From Geosiphon pyriformis uo1 (taxonomy: Eukaryota; Fungi; Glomeromycota), in contig JAAOMT010000745.1 of the NCBI GenBank assembly GCA_016748015.1, positions 4,881 through 59,441 of the forward strand: a stretch of DNA of 54,561 nucleotides, written 5' to 3'. Below, in pieces: positions 50,780 through 54,561 of the stretch. A program made the position numbers and the translations under genes. Within the stretch, counting starts at the first letter, position 1. Each line of letters opens with the position of its first letter. The notes beneath the pieces were generated by a model that was not told where the DNA came from, searched no databases, and was given only the letters and a program-made list of their open reading frames with translations.

Positions 50780-51489
50780 GTCAGATTAAATAAAATGGTG
50801 AATATTTCAATAATAAACTTCCCTTTATTAACGAATAACCAATGTTTCAGCACTAGTTTATTTACTTCTAATTACCAAAGGAAGGTTAATTATTAAAAAA
50901 AGAATTCGATGACATTCATGCTCAATTATTAGAATTGAAAATCGAGACCTAAATTACCTGATCCTAGTAGAAATCTTGCGAATAGAGCCATTCATATTTT
51001 TTATATATATCAATAGTAGCTGATGTCGTATTCCGAAGATTCAAATAACTCTTTAGAATTCGGCCAAAACGGAAGGCTAAAATTCAAAATTTATAAAAAA
51101 AATTTATATTTCTTGAACAACTGAAATTACATTAACCCAAGTATTGAACATTGTCGTATTTATACCTCTATTTGGACATTATCTCGCTATACAGGGCAAA
51201 AAATTGGTTGCAAATTAATGATATCACTCAAAATGTTTAACAATGCTTGCCATCCATAAAACCCTGGTGTTCCGCCATCATAATATCTCAATTTTTCTTG
51301 GTTTATCTTTTTCAACAAATTATTATAAGTTGATTTTAAAATTGGTTCTTTAGCTTGGATTTGGCATCTTAATTCACAAGCATCAGCGAGAACATCACTT
51401 TGTGGATAATTTTGATAGAAAATTCGAAGACTTTGAATGGGAAGCATTTTTTGAATCAGATAACGAGTAGTATCAGGTTGTGAGGACAT
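50780..51489 (-). pseudogene. Disrupted multi-exon gene of unknown family
   Basis: 100-aa ORF, then coding-like sequence continues across a GT-AG intron (AFRFGRILKSYLNLRNTTSATIDIYKKYEWLYSQDFY*). Continuity needs either a 1-nt indel in a T-run plus two TAG stops, or five in-frame stops. Confidence 0.55.
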
Positions 51490-51856
51490 TTTTTGAAATT
51501 AAATTGCTTTGAACTGAGTTTGGGATTGGTAAAAAAAATTTATGATAAAATTTTTAGAGATTTTGGTGATTCAGGGAAAATGAAAAGGAGATTTTCAAAA
51601 ACTTTTTAAATATTTTAGAGAATATAAAAATAGATGTAAGGAATTGTCGCTTAAAATTTATTTTCGAGCCTTAATTCAAATTCATTGTGCAAATGAAGAA
51701 ACATCTTTAAATTCTATTAGAAATATAAGGGATTTTCGAATGTTGGAAACAACTTAAAGACTTATTTTTCTAAAGGATTGAACGATAATTGATAATTGCA
51801 GGAGAATATCAATTTTGAAATCAGCCTCTGGTCCATAATTTTTGTGGAGAGATGAC

Positions 51857-51880
51857 TTGATCGATCGATCGATCGATCAA
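51857..51880. repeat. Perfect 24-bp palindrome TT(GATC)5AA
   Basis: Direct reading. Confidence 0.9.
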
Positions 51881-52069
51881 TCTTTACTTTTTATGTACGA
51901 AAGGTATTATAGTTACTGCTTTTGTATATATTTGAAATTAGAAAATATATAAAGCCTCAATTTGCCAAATCTTTGAGTAAGTAATAAATATGGAGCAGAA
52001 AAAGTAAAAAAAAGGATTGTTTAAGAGGAATTTTCAAAATCTCTTGAATATCAGTGTTTTTTTTTTAAT

Positions 52070-54561
52070 GGATTAAAAAACAACAACAAAATAATTTATG
52101 TTTTTTTTTATAGATTTGATAATTATTTAAATAAAAAATTTTTAATAAAATAAATTTTTTTGATATAAAAGCTAATAATTAAAATCTTAAATCTAATAAA
52201 GAAGTTAAAAGTACTTATTTTTTGAATCTTTCTATTGTAATTCTATAAATTCAAGAATTGTATTACAAACTTGTTAAATTGTTAATTTATTAATGTATAA
52301 GAAGAAAACATGTTAAAAATAAATAAAAAGTTCTTTAATTGTTGAATATATTGTTAATAGAGTAAAATATGTACTGCTGCTTAAAAATTTTTTTGTTTTT
52401 TCAAATAAACATAATAGATAGATAAGCTTTTCAACTTATTTTATTTATTTAAAATCAAAAATAAAGTAGTTAATTTATTACTATTTTGATAAATTTGTCA
52501 ATTATTTTTACATTGTATTGCTTTAAACAATGCCTTAATTAAATATTTCAAATTAATAAGTTTTTTCAAAACTTTTAAAATTAAGCTTTATTAAGTGGTA
52601 ACATCTTAAATTAGTATAAAAATTCTTTTGTTAGATTTAAAGCTCTTTAATTTAAAAAAATAAGCCTAATATTAATTATAATAAATAAATAAAAAATTAT
52701 AAGCTTTATACAGATAAAAAAATTTTTTAATATTAAACCAATTATTTAAACTATTCGAAATTGTAAGATAAATAGTATATGTAAAACAAGAAATAAATTT
52801 AACATTTATATCTTGAAATACTTTAAAAATTTTGTATTATTGTTTATAGCTCTGTAAATAATTTTATTATACAAATTAATTGTCTTTTTATTAAATATAT
52901 ATAAAAGTTTTATGACAATATTTTTTTAAATAATTATATAGTATTTTTTTAATTGTAAATAAGACTTTATATAATTAAAAATTTTTGGTTAACTAATAAA
53001 TTATAATATCAATATATAATTAGTAAAAACAGTTCAATAATTGATAATAAAACTGGCTTTTTTTATAATATTATTAAGTAATTTAATTAGTTATTATCTT
53101 GTAAATTTAATGTTTTATCAAATAAATAATTTTATTATTATATTATAAAATAGTTTATAATTAAGATATAGTAAATAATAAAATGTTTTAAATTTCATGT
53201 TTTTTAATAATACAAATAACTATAAATTATTTATAATAAATTTAAGCAATTAAAAATTAATATATTTTTGTTTTATTATAAAAAAAGACTTAATATTATT
53301 CTATAATTGTTATTGAAGTGGTTTTAGTTTTTAGGTAAAATAGTTTTGTTTTTTTATAATCAAATATACTTTGCAAAATAATAAACATAAGATAATAAAG
53401 TATTAAAAAAGTAAAATTGTAAATATTTAATAATACTATATATTTAAATTTCTTTATTTTTATTGTATTTAAACCAATTACTAAATTTAACTAATATTAA
53501 TTCTTATTTTATTTTATTTTTTATTAATTAATAACATAAAAACTAGTGATTATAGTAAAAAGTAATTTTTTGTATACAATATTTATTTTTATATTAGTGT
53601 TTTATTTTTTTTATATAGTTTATAGTTTAAAAATTTTGTTTTTTTTTAAATATTTTTTTAAGTTATTATTATTATAAAAAAAATTTCATATAATAATTAT
53701 AATAAATAATTTTGAATCTATTTTTAAATATAATAAGCATTATTTAATTATAATTTATTATTCTAAAAAAATCTTATAATTTATTGGCTTATAAGTAAAT
53801 ATTGTAGTTTGGTAAATAATTTTAAAAGTTTTGATAAATTTGAAAATTTAACTATTAAGTTATTTATATAATAAACAAAAATTAAGTTGTAATAATTGAT
53901 AATATTTAGTGTTTAATTTTATTGACATATTAACCAGTTTATTTTGGTGTTTATTACTTTTTTAATATGTAATTTAATATTTAACAAGTTAATTTTATGT
54001 TTATTCTATATTTTTTACCAGACAATTTTTAATATTGTAATCTTAATATTTTTTGTAATTAATTATTATATATAATAAAACAAAATAAAACAAAACAAAA
54101 ATAAAAAATAAAAATAAATAAAGAATTAATATTTTGTTAATAACTATAATCAAAAACTATTGTTTTAATGCTGTTAGATTCTTTAAATAGGTGTTATCAG
54201 TATTAATTGTTTTAATAAACTAAGTATTAATAATAAGTAATTTCAACAAAATAAATATAAGTTCATGAAATTTGAAATTGAATATTGAATAATAACTGTA
54301 ATTTTATTAGAATAAACTTTATTATAAGTACTAAATTTTTTAATTGCTGAAAATACTTAATAGAAATCAAATTTTAATGATAAAAAAATATTTTTTCTGC
54401 TTTTAATATTACTGCTATATATACACATAAATCTTTGTAATATAAAATTCCTAAATATTTTAGTAATTTTTACACTTTTTCTGAGTTATTACTAGAATTT
54501 CTGATATTATATTATCTACTAACTTCTAATATTTAATTGGTTATTTATTTTATATATTTTT
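52070..54561 (-). mobile_element. hAT transposon relic (copy B), inverted copy of 1437-3927, runs off the window end
   Basis: The reverse complement aligns along its length with copy A; differences are mostly transitions plus a few small indels. Same inner end GGATTAAAAAACAACAAC at 52070. Confidence 0.88.

Overview
Very AT-rich, intron-containing fungal nuclear DNA. The gene families (F-box/RNI-like, MATA-type HMG box, BTB, KH protein) and transposon set point to an arbuscular mycorrhizal fungus (Glomeromycotina); this is an inference. Gene islands alternate with extremely AT-rich blocks. The islands hold an F-box protein, tRNA-Gly(GCC), trimethyllysine dioxygenase, a two-finger GATA factor, a KH-domain protein, an orphan, an HMG-box protein, a Cdc1/MPPE1-like metallophosphoesterase with substituted metal ligands, a BTB protein, a small membrane protein and a pseudogene. 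At least some AT blocks are transposon relics destroyed by C>T/G>A hypermutation; undoing those transitions restores hAT and Tc1 transposase motifs. Main discoveries: (1) two relics of different Fanzor2 (eukaryotic IS607-TnpB-type RNA-guided nuclease) subfamilies, one invisible in the ORF track, each keeping a structured omega-RNA-like 3' end, with one ending just downstream of and antisense to the KH gene; (2) a broad-context, RIP-like mutation signature not limited to CpG; (3) two inverted copies (at least 2.5 kb) of the same hAT relic, cut at the same nucleotide and enclosing about 48 kb of genes; (4) several MITE/foldback elements. All alignments were done by eye; boundaries of degenerate repeats are approximate.
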